Positions 39,198-52,037 of a DNA stretch of 64,000 nucleotides are shown here, one piece after another. A model generated the notes under the pieces. It saw only the letters and a list, made by a program, of their open reading frames with translations, did not search any database and was not told the DNA's origin. This stretch comes from Camelus dromedarius (lineage: Eukaryota). A program made the translations under genes and the position numbers. Where the stretch lies: positions 12,092,001-12,156,000 of the forward strand of contig NC_087438.1 in assembly GCF_036321535.1 (NCBI RefSeq), written 5' to 3'. How positions within the stretch are numbered: the stretch's first letter is position 1; each line of letters starts with the position of its first letter.

Positions 39198-39215
39198 AGA
39201 CGCCCCCTAGTGACG
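39198..39215 (-). promoter_or_regulatory. CTCF-like motif GTCACTAGGGGGCGTC
   Basis: Close match to CTCF core CACYAGGGGGCG. Confidence 0.55.
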
Positions 39216-42200
39216 GATGACGGCCCTGCTGGCTTACATTCAGGAAGCGCTGGGCAGGGATCACACTGGCTTGGTTGGATTATCCAAGAACCCTTATTTC
39301 CAAAGCAACCTCTACTCACTTAGCTGAAAGCAGAAAGACCAATAATGGGCTGATACTCTAGCCCCGGGATGAGGCAAGGCGGAGGTGGGGGGAGGCGGGG
39401 GGCGGGGAGGCAGGGGTCGAACCATTTCCACGTGTATAGATCATGCTTATGTTCAAACACCTCCGGGAGGGAAAATTTAAAATGGTGTCAACGTTTACAT
39501 ATTCCTTCCTTGTTTACTCAAGGCGAGGAGTAAAATTTATCAGTGGATTCCAGAGTTTAGCAATAAATGTTAACTTACAGAGGAAAACCAAATGTGACTT
39601 TTTCCCCAATAAAAACCTTTTCAAAGAAAAGCATCATCATCTGAAAATGGTTTATATATATAAGGTGTAAAATTTAGAATATGGAACAAAGTAAGAGTCC
39701 AAACCAAACTGGCACAGGACCTTAAAAAAGGAGAATTTAACTAATTTATGTAGTGGAAAACTTTGGTCAAGAGGAAGGTATATAGATGTTATTTATTACA
39801 ACATAAAAAAATATTTCTAATACTCTTCCAGCAGGATAATTTTACTTTAGTATTCTAGATTCCCCAAGAACACTCAAGAGTAACATCTTACCACCATCAC
39901 TCAAAAATCTGTTTTAACGAATCCACTGAAAAACACTGCCATCTCTGTCCGCAAGTTATTCTTTTGATCAGCCAGTAATAAAAATAAAAGACATTTAAAC
40001 GTGGATATCAAAAATGAGTATAAAGAAAATGCTTTCCTTTGACAGAATAGAAATAAAGGTAAAACAGACTTTCTCAGATTAGTTTTTTCAATGATGGCTT
40101 CAATGATTATAGATCTACACTTCACATGGGAAAAGAAGCCTGCACTGCAAGGCGCACTTGCTTCATTGACTTAAGCTGACTCCTACCCTTTCTTGTATCT
40201 ACAGCGCTTCCTGCTCACCTAGCGGAGAGGTCTTTGTGGTCACGCCAAGCGCCAGAGCTATTTCCTAGCAAACAGCAAACTTTGCCAGGGACTACCGGCA
40301 TGAGACTTATTTTTCCCCTTTTTGATTTGTGGCTTTAATCTAGGCTACTCAGAGCAAGCCAAGAGGAAACCGTAGTACAAAGTTATCCTATTAGCTTATT
40401 GCCTTTAAATGATAAAGGTTATTCACAGCTGTTTCAAAGACACAGGTTACAACAGGCATCACCACCGCCCTCACTAGTAGTAGAGTATGATTGATGGGAC
40501 GCACTCCCAGCCCTCCCTCCCCAATTCCACGTGCTCTCTTCATATTTCACCTAGGGAATTTCATCAGTGCTATTAATTTCCGGATTGTAAACACCTTTAG
40601 TAGGCTATCTGGCTGGTGCAAACTCATTCATGCTCATTAAATGTAATCTGGTGGTTAGATTTTCCTCCTCATTGGTTTCTCTGAAACTTTTTGTCACAAC
40701 TTTAAGGCTTTATTCAACATTAAATGATAATGTATGAAAGATTAAACAGTGATGCATTTACACAATCACTTGTTTAATCAAGAGATGAATTTACCGAGAA
40801 TTTACTTACTTACCTTCTTAAGCTTTTAATGTTTTAATCTTGAGATTTTAATGTTTTGAATCTACCTTTACTTTTTCCTAATTTTACTTGTTCTAATCAA
40901 TTATGTAATAAATGAATGCCATACATTATAAATAAGAGTGATTTACAGGGAATTTTTAAGCTGACTTAGGGAACTAGATTAATTAGGGGGAGAGGAAAAT
41001 ACATGAGTAATAAAAAGCTTACATTTATTCTGAGAAATGCATGAGAAAATCTTAAAGTGCTATGATTAGATACTTATTGGATTATTAGGTTCTGATTTGT
41101 GATTACATTTTTTCCTTCATCCAATGAACAATTATTTGGTTAGAATTTCTCAATCTTTTTCATTTCAATGCTCCTATAAGAATTTCCATCAACCAGTGAC
41201 TTTGGCCAGTAGGAAGATCTCCCCTAAAACAAACCTGGAGAGGTTTCCATGAGCACCTTGGGGATGTGAGGCTGAGAACAGCAGAACTTTGAAAAGCAAA
41301 TGACTGATGTTAGTAGCTAGACAGATATTGAAGAAGGGCAAAAAAGGGAAAGGACAAAAACATAAGATGAAGAACAAAAAAATATTAACGACAAAAGAGA
41401 TATGAAAAAAGACAAACATGCCAACAGAAAAGAGAAGCAGAGGGAAAGGAAACAGAATAAAAAGGTTTTTGTGGGGGAAGAAGGAGAAAAAGAGAAGGGA
41501 ATGAAGAAAGAGGGCAGTAGAAAAGAAAGTGAAGAAAGGGGTTGGAGAAAACATTAATGACTTGAACCCTCGGGAGATGAAGGCTCCTGTTACCTCTGCC
41601 CCGTCCCCAGGACTTGGACTCTCTCCCCTCATGTAGTCTAGGGCCGGGTGAGATATCAGGTGAGCCCCTCTTTCAATGACCCACGTAAAACTCCTACCAA
41701 AAACAGGTGATGAGTATGGTTTCTCATGACCCTTGTCACTGACTTGGAAGTCAGGGTCAAAAACATGCATAAGGCTAAATACAAGGTCCTTAGGTACTTT
41801 TCCAGAAGGAGTGTCCCCAGGTATTAAAGTTCAATTCAGCATATTCGAAGTTGAACAGCAATGAAAAAATACAATTAAGATTCTCATCATGAGCGTGGGA
41901 TGGACAGTAGGTGTGTAGGTAGTTTAAGCTAGGTGTGGCGGCCTCTCAGATCTCTACTTTTTCCTTGTGTCTAAGATATCCCTCTGTGTTCTCTAGGACT
42001 CCTGTGGAGGGGAAAATGCAGCTTTAGCATCATAATGGGTTGCATCAACTCCAGCAACAACACGTGTGTGTTTGCACATGTGCGTGAGAGAGAGAGAGGA
42101 AAAGATGTAGGAAGGAAGGAAAAGAGCACAGACGTGAGGGATAACAGAGAGAGGGGGCTGCAAATGGTGACAGTGGGTGCAGACCCTTTGTCCTGACACC

Positions 42201-42406
42201 ACACCAAGTGAGGAGAGTCAAGGCCAGGCCCTGCATGATCCAGTCGGGTGGTCCACGTCCCACCACCATGGCATCCTCCATCCACCTAGCGTGACCTCAC
42301 ACCAGGGAAGGGGCACGTATCATGACTTTCCCAGTCCCCCTCCATCAGCCTCAGCTTCCCATCCCTCTACCCCTGCCCCCAGTGCAGAGGTGGCTGCAGG
42401 TCATAC

Positions 42407-42530
42407 CTTTCATGTACAGGAAGCTGTGGAAGTAAGGCAGTGTGACACAGCTATACACAGAGTCCCGCCGGTAGGACAGTTCATCGTCCGTATCAAACCG
42501 AGAGTCGAAGTCCTCTTCACTATCTTCAAA
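42407..42530 (-). CDS. MYO10: MYO10 exon ~26 (124 nt) FEDSEEDFDSRF...FHSFLYMK
   Basis: tgcag|TTT, G|gtatga. Confidence 0.97.
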
Positions 42531-43377
42531 CTGCACCAGAAGGAGGGCGCGTGCCAACCGTAAGCAAAAAGGACAGAAAACAAGCAATGAAAATGCCCAG
42601 CACAGATCAACATTGAAAAAAAAAAAAAAAAAAAGACAAAGAAGCAACAGGCCAATTCATAACATTACAATGGAGTGTGATCATCAGAAGAATTCAGAAT
42701 TACAAAGTACTGATTTTCAATGCTGAATGGTCAGTTGACTCGATACGTAAGAGACATGCTTTAATCCTAAGACTCTGTAATCTAAGAACAACACTGCTGT
42801 TTAAGTGTACAATTTTAATCAAACCACGCAAGAGTTAATTAATTCCCTTTCAGTGAACTACGCTAGAAATATCTCGAGTCTTAGGAAGTTGAGTATTTAA
42901 TGCATGGTCAACGGGAAGAAATAAAAGTAAACTATAAATAAATCCAGAAGCTGAAAAGAGCCCGTGGAAGCCCTTATAGGTTCCTCCCTTATAAGCAGAA
43001 CAAGATGCAGCGTCCTGCAGTGGGACAGTGAAGCTACTGTCAGGAAAGTTCTCCAAAGTGCCCCTGGCGGGTCTCATTTCTCAACATGCTGCAAAGCCAG
43101 AACAGACACAAAGTCTCCACTGAAAATGCCAGTTTTCTTAGGCTTTGGGCAAAATGCAGCTCAGCCTACAACAGGCACCAAGTTCCATTTACTAATGTGA
43201 ATGCTTTTGGCAAGAGAAAGGGGCTTAAGACCATCTCTAAGAGCCTGACTTTGGAATCCTGGCCTGTTCTACCGGGGCTGTCTTCATCCAAAGGATTGTG
43301 CAACAGGGGAGGGATGACAGATGACTTCCACCCCAGCATGGGGGAGCCCAGGCCCCAGGAGGTTGGAGGGTACTCAC

Positions 43378-44226
43378 CGAGGACTGGGCTCCCTCAGAGC
43401 TGAACCGGTAGGCCCCCGAGCTGTTGTAGGTGCCCACGGAGCATCGGTAGTCTGGGGACCACTGGCTGCCATAGGAGTTGGAGAAGGTCACGCTGCTGCC
43501 GGAGGTGATGGCCCCGTCTTCGTAGTCGTCCTGGTCATAGTCGTAGTCGCCGTCTGGGGCAGGCAGGCCCCCGGGGTTCTGGGGCATGCAGTAGGTGGGC
43601 TCCCCGCCGGAGGAGCCGTGCTCCGAGGGGGCCAGCAGCACGGTGCTGTCGGCGCTGGGGCTGGTGGGCACCACGGTGTCGTTCATGTAGGGGTCCTCCT
43701 CCGAGGACTCGTCACTGGTCCGGATGCCACTCGTGCGCTGGTCCGAGTGGCCGTGCTCGCTGGGGTTGGGCGAGTCCTTGAAGGCGTCGTCGTCAGCCTC
43801 GAAGCCCTCGTCCACCTCCTCCTCGGGGTAGGGCTGGCTGAAGTTGAAGCTGGGCTTCCCCCCGGCCGCGCCCTCGGCCGCCGCCCCGCCGCCCACCGAC
43901 AGCGAGCGCTCGATGTCGCGCACGCACTCGTCGATCTCGTCGAAGTTGAGCGACTCCAGGAACTCCTGAGCCGCGCGGCAGGCCTCGTCCTCCAGCCTCC
44001 GGAGCTCCTCGTCCCGCAGCTGCTGCAGCTTCTGCAGTGAGGCCTCGGTCAGGGACAGCTCCTGCCGCTCCTTCATGCGCTGCAGGTCCTCGATCTCCTT
44101 CTCCAGGCGCAGGATCTCTTCCACCTGCTTGTTCTCCTTCTGCTTCTCCAGCTCGCGGCTCAGCTCGGCCTCCCTCCGACTCTCCTGCAAGGCCTCCTGT
44201 TCTCGCCGCCTCCTCGCTGCCTCCTC
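43378..44226 (-). CDS. MYO10: MYO10 exon ~25 (849 nt), SAH/coiled coil and PEST region
   Basis: ccag|GAG, TCG|gtgagt; overlaps ORF 43237..44190. Confidence 0.97.
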
Positions 44227-44344
44227 CTGGACGGAGAGGAAGGACGAGGTCAGGAGGCGTCAGGACTGGGAGCAGAGGCAGCACCCCTCCTTTGTGATGT
44301 GATGTGGCCGTTCAGGGCCGAACTGCATTCCTCCCTCCCCTAGA

Positions 44345-44706
44345 CTGATATGTGGGAGCCCCAACCCCCAGCACCCAGAATATGGCCGGATCTGGAGACA
44401 GGGCTCTCATGAGGTTGGTTAAGTTCCATGAGGCCCTGAGGTAGGGCTCCGACCCAATGTGACTGGTATCCTGTTAAACGAGGGGCCTGAGACACACACA
44501 CAAGGACACCGGGGAAGCACGTGCACAGACGCGAGACCACATGAGGACACAGCAAGGATCTCAGGCTGAGCAGAGAGGCTCAGAAGACACCAACCCTGCC
44601 AACACTGATCTCAGACTTCCAGCCTGCAGAGCTGTGAGACAATTGCTATTGTTTAATTCACCCGGGCTGCGGTCCTGTGTTACAGCAGCCCAGGCAAACC
44701 AACACA
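44345..44706 (+). mobile_element. MLT1A/B-like LTR
   Basis: CAGACTTCCAGCCTGCAGAGCTGTGAGAC..GTTACAGCAGCCCAGGCAAACCAACACA. Confidence 0.75.
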
Positions 44707-44827
44707 CTGGTTATGCTGGCTTAGAGAAATCACGCCCTCACGGTTCACACTGAACTCTCAGGCATCCACACATTTTTACCCAATTGTAATGGGTTAGAAA
44801 TTGCAGCATAAACATCTCTAAAATTCT

Positions 44828-44893
44828 TCTTCCTGCATCTTTATTTTAGTTTTGAATCCTTCTTCCTATATCTTTTTTTTAGTTTTGAATCCT
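44828..44893. repeat. 33-bp tandem duplication
   Basis: TCTTCCTGCATCTTTATTTTAGTTTTGAATCCT followed by TCTTCCTATATCTTTTTTTTAGTTTTGAATCCT. Confidence 0.9.
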
Positions 44894-44951
44894 GAGTCAG
44901 AGTGTTTGGAGTGGGAAGGTAACAGACAGACAGGATCACGGTAATTGTCAC

Positions 44952-44997
44952 CTGTTGGGCGCGGAGCTCAGCTTCAATTCGTGCCCTCTCTCTTTCT
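44952..44997 (-). CDS. MYO10: MYO10 exon ~24 (46 nt) ERERARIEAELRAQQ, SAH
   Basis: ttttag|A, CAG|gtgac; restores frame between flanking exons. Confidence 0.93.
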
Positions 44998-45367
44998 CTA
45001 AAAATGGTCAAGAAAAAAAGACAGTGAAAATAAACGAAAGTAATGAAAAAAAATCCTAGAACCACTTTTCAGAGAGCTAACTTTTTAACAAAATACAACT
45101 TTTAACAAAAGACAACTTAAAAAGCATGAAGGACAGCTGGAGTCTCTTCCTTCAGCAATTTACTTATTCTGGGCATAAAGATATACACAGAACTGGGTTT
45201 TCAGCACTGCCAAGGAATTTTATCTGAGCCCCCAAGAGTTACTGTTTCAAACGGCAGGGTCTGCAGCATTCACTGGGAATTCCGGCTGCATGGCTGGTCG
45301 GGTACTGAGCGTGAAACTCCAAAGGCGTCCTCCTGTCTGTTTCATCCAAGTAAGAAAGCTACCATAC

Positions 45368-45601
45368 CTTTCCTCCTCCTCGCGCTTCCTCTGCTCCTCC
45401 TCCTCCTGTTTTCTCTTTTCCTCCTCCGCCCGTTTCTCCGCCAGCAGCTGTCTGTAAACTCTCCGGGCGATCTGACCTCGGAGTCGCTTCTGGAAAACCA
45501 CGGCCGCTTTTTTCAGGTGTAAAAATCTCCTCCTCAGAAGGAACGCCCTGTAATTCTTCTGTATTATCACCACACAGTAAAGGACCTTCCTGTATTGCTT
45601 T
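45368..45601 (-). CDS. MYO10: MYO10 exon ~23 (234 nt), IQ2/IQ3 and start of SAH
   Basis: ctcag|A, AG|gtatgg; IQKNYRAF and FQKRLRGQIAR IQ motifs. Confidence 0.97.
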
Positions 45602-46463
45602 CTGAGAATGAGAACAGAAACAGCGCAACAGAATAACTGTGGGGGTAACGAGGCTTCCTTTGAGCTCCCCAAATGAGTTTACGTTAACGCTACAAGACGA
45701 GAACAGGACCTCGTTTGGGACTGAAACGCTCATTACAGAGACTCATTACAGTGAGCCCACAAGGAGGTCCTCTTGGGCAAAACAAAACAGAAGAAAAACA
45801 AAAGGGTAACAACAACAAAACTAAAGCAAGACCCTATCATCATGTTGGCGAAATAAACACATCACCCCTAACGCTGACTTTGAAAAGTCTTGGCAGGAAG
45901 TTGGGCTGTAAACAGAACCAAGAGATTTGATAACTTCTCCTGTTTCTGAGGAGGACAAAAGAAAAGGATTCGCCACAGCAGAATGGCTTTGTACTTGAGA
46001 AAATGTAACGTCCTGTAACATGTAGGGGTTTGGGATGGGGGGCCCGCTGGTCCGCAGAGGTGGACAGAACTCACACGCACAGGAAAAGAGGCTGCCTCAT
46101 TCAGCAAACGCTGGACAGGGGACCGCTGTGGACCCAGTGGGACCACGCCAAAGTCAACGGGCGAGCTGCCTGTGGCTTCAATATACGACCAAGGGGAACG
46201 AGGTCAACAATTTATGTATCCTGGTCCAGTCCCGATGTCGCTGCTCTAACTGGGTCACAAGGAGCCCCCTTTCCTACTTTCCGGCCAGGTCAAGCTAACC
46301 AGGCACTGGCAACGCTAATCAGGAGCACTGACCTGGGACTCTCCTTAGCTGGCTCCTGACCCTAGCCCATCCAGGTCCATTTTAAAGGGAAGCAAATGGC
46401 CGGGGGCCACCCCACCCGGCGACACACACTGGGGAAACCGCCTTCCCTCTGCAGGCTTCTTAC

Positions 46464-46570
46464 CGCGCCAAGTAGCCCAGGACGTGGGCCCGGATCACCA
46501 TGGCTGCCCGCATAACCTCCTCTTCCCGCCGCTTCTCCAGTCTCTGCTCCAAGGATTCTCGAAGAAAGAC
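46464..46570 (-). CDS. MYO10: MYO10 exon ~22 (107 nt) VFLRESLEQRLEK...HVLGYLAR, IQ1
   Basis: cag|GTC, CG|gtaaga; frame continuity. Confidence 0.96.
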
Positions 46571-49500
46571 CTGCCCAGGAGGAAGTGACATGTCACAACC
46601 AAAGGACATGGCTGGTACAGGGATGTCTTCTCTGAGTCAGAGATCCCCGCTTGGGGATAAGGCTTTTTTCTCTCTCCAATTTGCTCCAAACACACTGGGC
46701 CATGCTGTCCAGCACAGGGAATCTCAAATGGCAAAAGGATGTTTTCTTTTTGAACTTCCCATCTATCATCGACTAAGACCTTTGTAAAATATAGTAAAAA
46801 TAATTATTGAAAGAAAAAACCCAAAAGGATATATAAAATAAAAGTTCCATTTTTTTCCAGTTATTATTAGTTCAACAGGCATAAAATGTGAAACTGCTGG
46901 CAAAGTTTATAAACACTTATCTCATTATGGGTCAGCACAAATAGTTCATTAAGTCTAAGTAACAAGACATATCCTCTCTATATTGGGGGGAGAAAAGAGG
47001 AAAAGAAAGGGAGGGAAGGGAAAAAAAAATCCAAGACATTTGTAAAATGTTACTTTGCCATCACATGGAAACTCTCCCTTCATGCTTGTAAAGTGATTAT
47101 GATCAAAGCATTTTGGCCTCAAAAATAATGCACATTAAAAAACTGACATTAAGAATGTGATTCTATAAACTGAAATTAGAACTGATTCATTTAAGCTACG
47201 TCTTGGTTCAGCTACTGCAAGAAAACTGGAATTGGGACTAAACAGATTGTAGCTATTTGCTGGCTGGTTTCTGGCATGGGTACTTCAGTCCTATGTTTGT
47301 CACTTGTATAAGGTAAGTGTGTCTGGTAACTGGCACTTTGTATCAGAACTCCTAATATTTGAAAAGGTATGAAAATATTGAGACTCTCCCTCAATCATGG
47401 TGGCTTTCAATTTTGCAACTGGCAATGTGATGCCTGCATAACTTTGAATTAGCCCTTACAAAAAAAAAAAAAAAACTAGTTTCAAATATTTTTATGCTTT
47501 TTCTATTAATGGTCAGTTGGAGGCACTAGCAGGGGGTTAAATGACACACTCCGTCACTCATGATTTCTTGATTTATGGCTCCTGTGAGTCATTCTGGCCT
47601 ATGATGATGCATTATGTCCTCTTGAGGGCACATTTTTCCAGACTCTCTGCTCTGTGTCTTGGGTAAAAAAGCAAATAAAGAATCCTAGCACCATGTGACT
47701 TGCAGAAGCCTTACCTACTCCTCCTTTGGGTCCCTGAGCACTTACTAAAATCTCCCACAAATAATTCTCCTGGAAAAACTTTTCATACAATGCCCTTTCT
47801 ATAACTGCAATTAATATGCTCTGTTGATACATAAAGACACTGCATCTTTAGCAAAAAAAAGAAAAAAGAAAAAAAAATTTAATGTAAAACACAGAAGCTA
47901 CAAGTGTAAAAGCTTGTTTGTCCAAGAATGATAAAAAGTTTTCAGAAATATGAATCTCTACCAAAACCATGGAGCAGAAGCAATTTTCATCAAGACTGGA
48001 CTTCAAAGAAGTATTTAAACTTCTCCTTGAGATGATTTTTTTGGTATTAAGGATCTTACTCTAATGCTTTTTTGCTCTGGTTAGTGTTTAAAAGAAAAAG
48101 TAATGAAGTCAAATCTGGAACAAGAGTAGTGATGGCGGTGACAACACGAAACCAAGGTGTCGATTCTAATCAAAGTCTAAAGATGGTCTTGGTTGGACAG
48201 AATCAGAGAAATACCTGCTTTAGTTTCATGTCCTCAAAGAGGCTCTCTGCTCTGCTGTTAGATTTACTTCCGCTACTTTATGTAGATTCTCTTTCCATAA
48301 CCAGAAGGGCAGACCAATGGAGCAAAATGCTTCAGAGACCTGACTTGGCTCCATTAAAAACATCCACCGGAATTTATGCAGTGACACAGGGGAAGTGATG
48401 CCAGTTCTCCCAGCTCACTGGTGTCCCTTGCCATGCCCCCAGTGTTCCCAGGATGCAGCCAAGGTTGAGTCAGTGTGATCCAGCTGCTGTGAGTGGAGGG
48501 GCCGCCCTCGTCGGGCACCACCAAGCAGCTTAGGAAAGGGCTGTGCCCACTCGGGGCTGCTCTACGGACCTGACTCAATATCCATTATGAACAACTTCCT
48601 GTGACTTTTTCTCATCCTTTCCTTAGCTCGAGAGCCTATGGAGTATCCTAGTAAGATGCCTTTTTAGAATACCTCTGGCAGGCTTTGCTGCCCTAGAACT
48701 GAGGTCTGGCAGTGCAGTCCAGGTGATGAGAAAAGTGCAATGTGCTGGAGTCAGGAGGCAAGGGACAAAGTTAAAACCAGGAAGAAAGGTGAGCGGCTGC
48801 TCACCTCCGTCACCCTAAACTCAGCTTCTCAGTGGGGAAATTCACCAGGACCTCCCACTAGGGCTGCTCCGGAGGCTCAAACGGGCCTTCTTGCTTCTTC
48901 CAGGGGTGCTTCCTCAGCAGATACGAATCCTTGCCTTCCAAGGACTAGATGTTTTATTTAAGCCAGTGAACTCAGATCTGGCGCCACGTTTAACTTGCTG
49001 ACTACAGTGCTGTCCCCATTCCCCACCTCTCGCCCCGCTATGTGTGATGGAAACCTCTTTACCAGGAGATCCAGACACTCATTAGAGGTTCAAGGTTTTA
49101 AATGCAAAGACCTTCTGGCAGCAACACTGACCGAAACACTGCTAGCGTGTAACAAAGTCAAGTGCTGGTCAAGGTCAAAGCACTTAGCGGACACAGTTCA
49201 AATGCTCCAATGTTGACATTTACTTTCTGATATTTCTGTGAAATGAAAAGCTTCCCTCCTACTTCTACTTCCAACTTATCAACAGTGAAAATTATTTCTT
49301 CTTTAAAGAGATTTCTTTTTCTTGAATACTTTTCTGATCATTTCCGATTCACAGTGAGCTCTCTCCTGAGAACCTGTGTCCTTATTCCTTCAAGAGATTA
49401 CACTGTATAATTTATCTGGTGTACGGGATATCTTGTCTCCCAGGAACGGAGTAAACTGGGGACAATCCCCAAATGTTTATGTCTCTGTATCCCCCTGTGC

Positions 49501-50182
49501 CACACCCAGTTTCAAGCCTTGCTGGGGCCTGATTTCCATAATGTAAATTGTAAGTAAAGTTGGACTGATCCTTCAGAGCTCAGAAAAGAGACTGGTCGTT
49601 GGCTGGGTGAGTCCTAATGATCTCTGATGTTACTCCACCGTGTAAGGCAGTGAGACAGAAGGAGACTGTCAGTTTACAGAGAATGCAGTATCTTTTCGAT
49701 TAAAAAAAATCAGAGCAGCCTGTATTATACTGACTAGAACTCCACTTGAGCCAACTTCTTTAGACAGTTTCCCTTGAGTGACTAAACAATGACCTTGTGC
49801 CATCCCCTTACAGTTTTTAGCACTTAGCAGACATTGATTGGGCTCCTACTATGTGCACTGTGTAGAAGACTGAGCTCCTGTGGGCACTTGTGTAGAAGAA
49901 CCAACAGTTAACTCCACATGTTCTATGGGGCGATTGCAGACAAGTCACCAGGAGATGCCAAGATGGCAGGACAGAGCGTTAAGTGTTACAATGGGTGGAA
50001 AATAGGAAGATGGAGATGACAGAGGAGGAGGCTTAACCCAGTGTGGGGGTGAGTTTTTGGTGTGGGGTGCAATGCAGAATGTCAAAAAGGATTCCTGTCA
50101 CAGTTTACATCTAAGCAGAGACCTGAAGGATGAGTTGGCTAAACCAGGAGCAGGGAGATTCCAGGTTAAGAGGCCTATAAAC

Positions 50183-50730
50183 CTGTGAGGACACAGCCCG
50201 AGGTGACCCCCAGTGGGTTCCACCCTTGTTTAACCTACAAGTGTGGGTTGAACCTGTGAGTTCCTTCTTGCCCACAGATCATGGTAAAGGTGATGAGCTG
50301 TCACTTCTGTGAATATGTGACATTACACAAGACTCCATCTTAGGAGACTGGAGCTAGAGATTCTCCTGCTGACGTTGCAGAAGTGAACTGCCATGTTGTG
50401 GGAGGACCCGGGAGGAAGTCATGTGGTAAGGAGTGTAGTGGGGAGTGGTCTCTAGAAGCCGCGAAAGGCAGTCAGCAAGAAAACAGGGACCTCAGTCCTA
50501 CAACTACAAAAAACTGGATTCTGGAGCCACACGAGCCTGGAGGAGAAGCCAGAGCTCCAAGAGGGAATGCAGCCCTGGATGACACTGACTGCCAGCCTCT
50601 GGAGACTGTGGGGGACCAGCTAAGCTGTGCCTGGACCCCCGACCCATAGACACTATGAGATAATTAACATGTACCCTTAAGGCTGCAAAGTTCATGGTTG
50701 TTTGTTACACAGCAATAGATAACTAATACA
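50183..50730 (+). mobile_element. MLT1 (E/F-like) LTR
   Basis: GGGACCTCAGTCCTACAAC..TTTGTTACACAGCAATAGATAACTAATACA end. Confidence 0.75.
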
Positions 50731-50889
50731 ATAGCTCTGCAAGCCATCTCTACCCTATTAGACATTCATATACCAAATCCCTGGCCAGATGGAATCCTTC
50801 AAGAGCAGAAAAGTATGTCCATCATATACCCTCTCTTGCTGAGTGGCCCCCAGATGGTGCCTCAATACTTGTCACTGATCACACACCAA

Positions 50890-51135
50890 TGTTATGGACT
50901 GAATGTTTTGCCCCTCCTCCCCCTTTCTTATGCTGTAGCCCTAACCCCCGATCTGATGGTATTTGGAAGTGGGGCCTTTTAAAGGAATTAATTAGGTTTA
51001 GATGTGGTCAGGAAGGTGGGGCCCCACAATGGGATTAGTGCCCCTATAAGAGGAGGAAGAGAGACCAGAGAAATAAACTACTGTGTTTCAGCCACCCAGT
51101 CTGTGGCATTTTATCAGAGCAGCTCTATGATGAGG
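50890..51135 (+). mobile_element. MaLR LTR fragment (MST/MLT1A-like)
   Basis: TGTTATGGACTGAATG..GGTATTTGGAAGTGGGGCCTTT..GGGATTAGTGCCCCTATAAGA. Confidence 0.65.
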
Positions 51136-52037
51136 ACACTCTGACTGCCAGTTACGAGTCTTTCTCCTTCCCTCCATTACTTGCTTCTTCCTTCCTTCCT
51201 TTCTCTCTCTCTTTCTTTATTTCAACCAAAGAAACTCCTTGGTTAAAAACAACATAACTTGAGCAGAAACTTTAAGCTACTTCTCTGATGCTGCATTGCT
51301 ACTTGTAGGGTCAAGGGGAAGAGGCACATGGAACATCTCTTACTTTCAACGACATCTGTACACTCACAGGCCAACCCCCAAGCTGCCTGCCTTTCTGCCT
51401 CTCCTGTGTGATAAGACACTGGAGGTGGCTGTGGAAACAAGTGTGGAACCCCATATGAGGGTTTTGGCAGCTCCTGATGTAGGGAGAAGAGATCGTATGG
51501 CCAATTTTTCGGATAATTTTGCTGTTGATGCCAGACTGCTCACCATTTAACTAAGGGGTCAAGGCCTCAGTCACAGTGGCATGTTCAAACGCTGGATTTC
51601 CACTTGGCTTTCTGGACTGGACTTTGGGCAACCTATAGGATTTCAGACTACCTGCTAGTCTTCCACTCAGTGCAGAGATGCAGGGACAACATGCAGCACT
51701 TGAATAATGTAAAACGTCTGGGGTCTCACTTCTCAGATGCCGGAGGCTGCCCAGCTCCCCCAAGGCACTGAGCCACCCATCAGCCAACGATCTGTTGACT
51801 GACTGAATGAAGCACTTGGGATCCCATGCTTCCTCTGTCCCCAAGAAAGCAGAATCCTGAAGAGTCAAGGACTTCAAATAAAACATTAACTGTTGGGAGG
51901 ACAAAGGATTATGGTGGGCATGACACCACAAGCATCTTCTCAATGTTAACAACTGGTGGGCAGTGATCACAGAACACTCAACTCTACTGTCTCCCAGGGA
52001 ACTTGACAGGACACTTGTTCTTTCTCTAAAATTGTAC

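Noticed and set aside
40214..40228. CTCF-like CCGCTAGGTGAGC
   Set aside because: Mismatch in the core GGC; weaker than the two reported sites
41189..41770. 193-aa hydrophobic ORF resembling a membrane protein
   Set aside because: Artefact of a T-rich low-complexity tract; Phe/Leu bias only
43321..44040. 239-aa antisense ORF over exon ~25 (likewise 21016-21719, 24574-25004, 38616-39136)
   Set aside because: Expected shadow ORFs opposite GC3-rich coding exons
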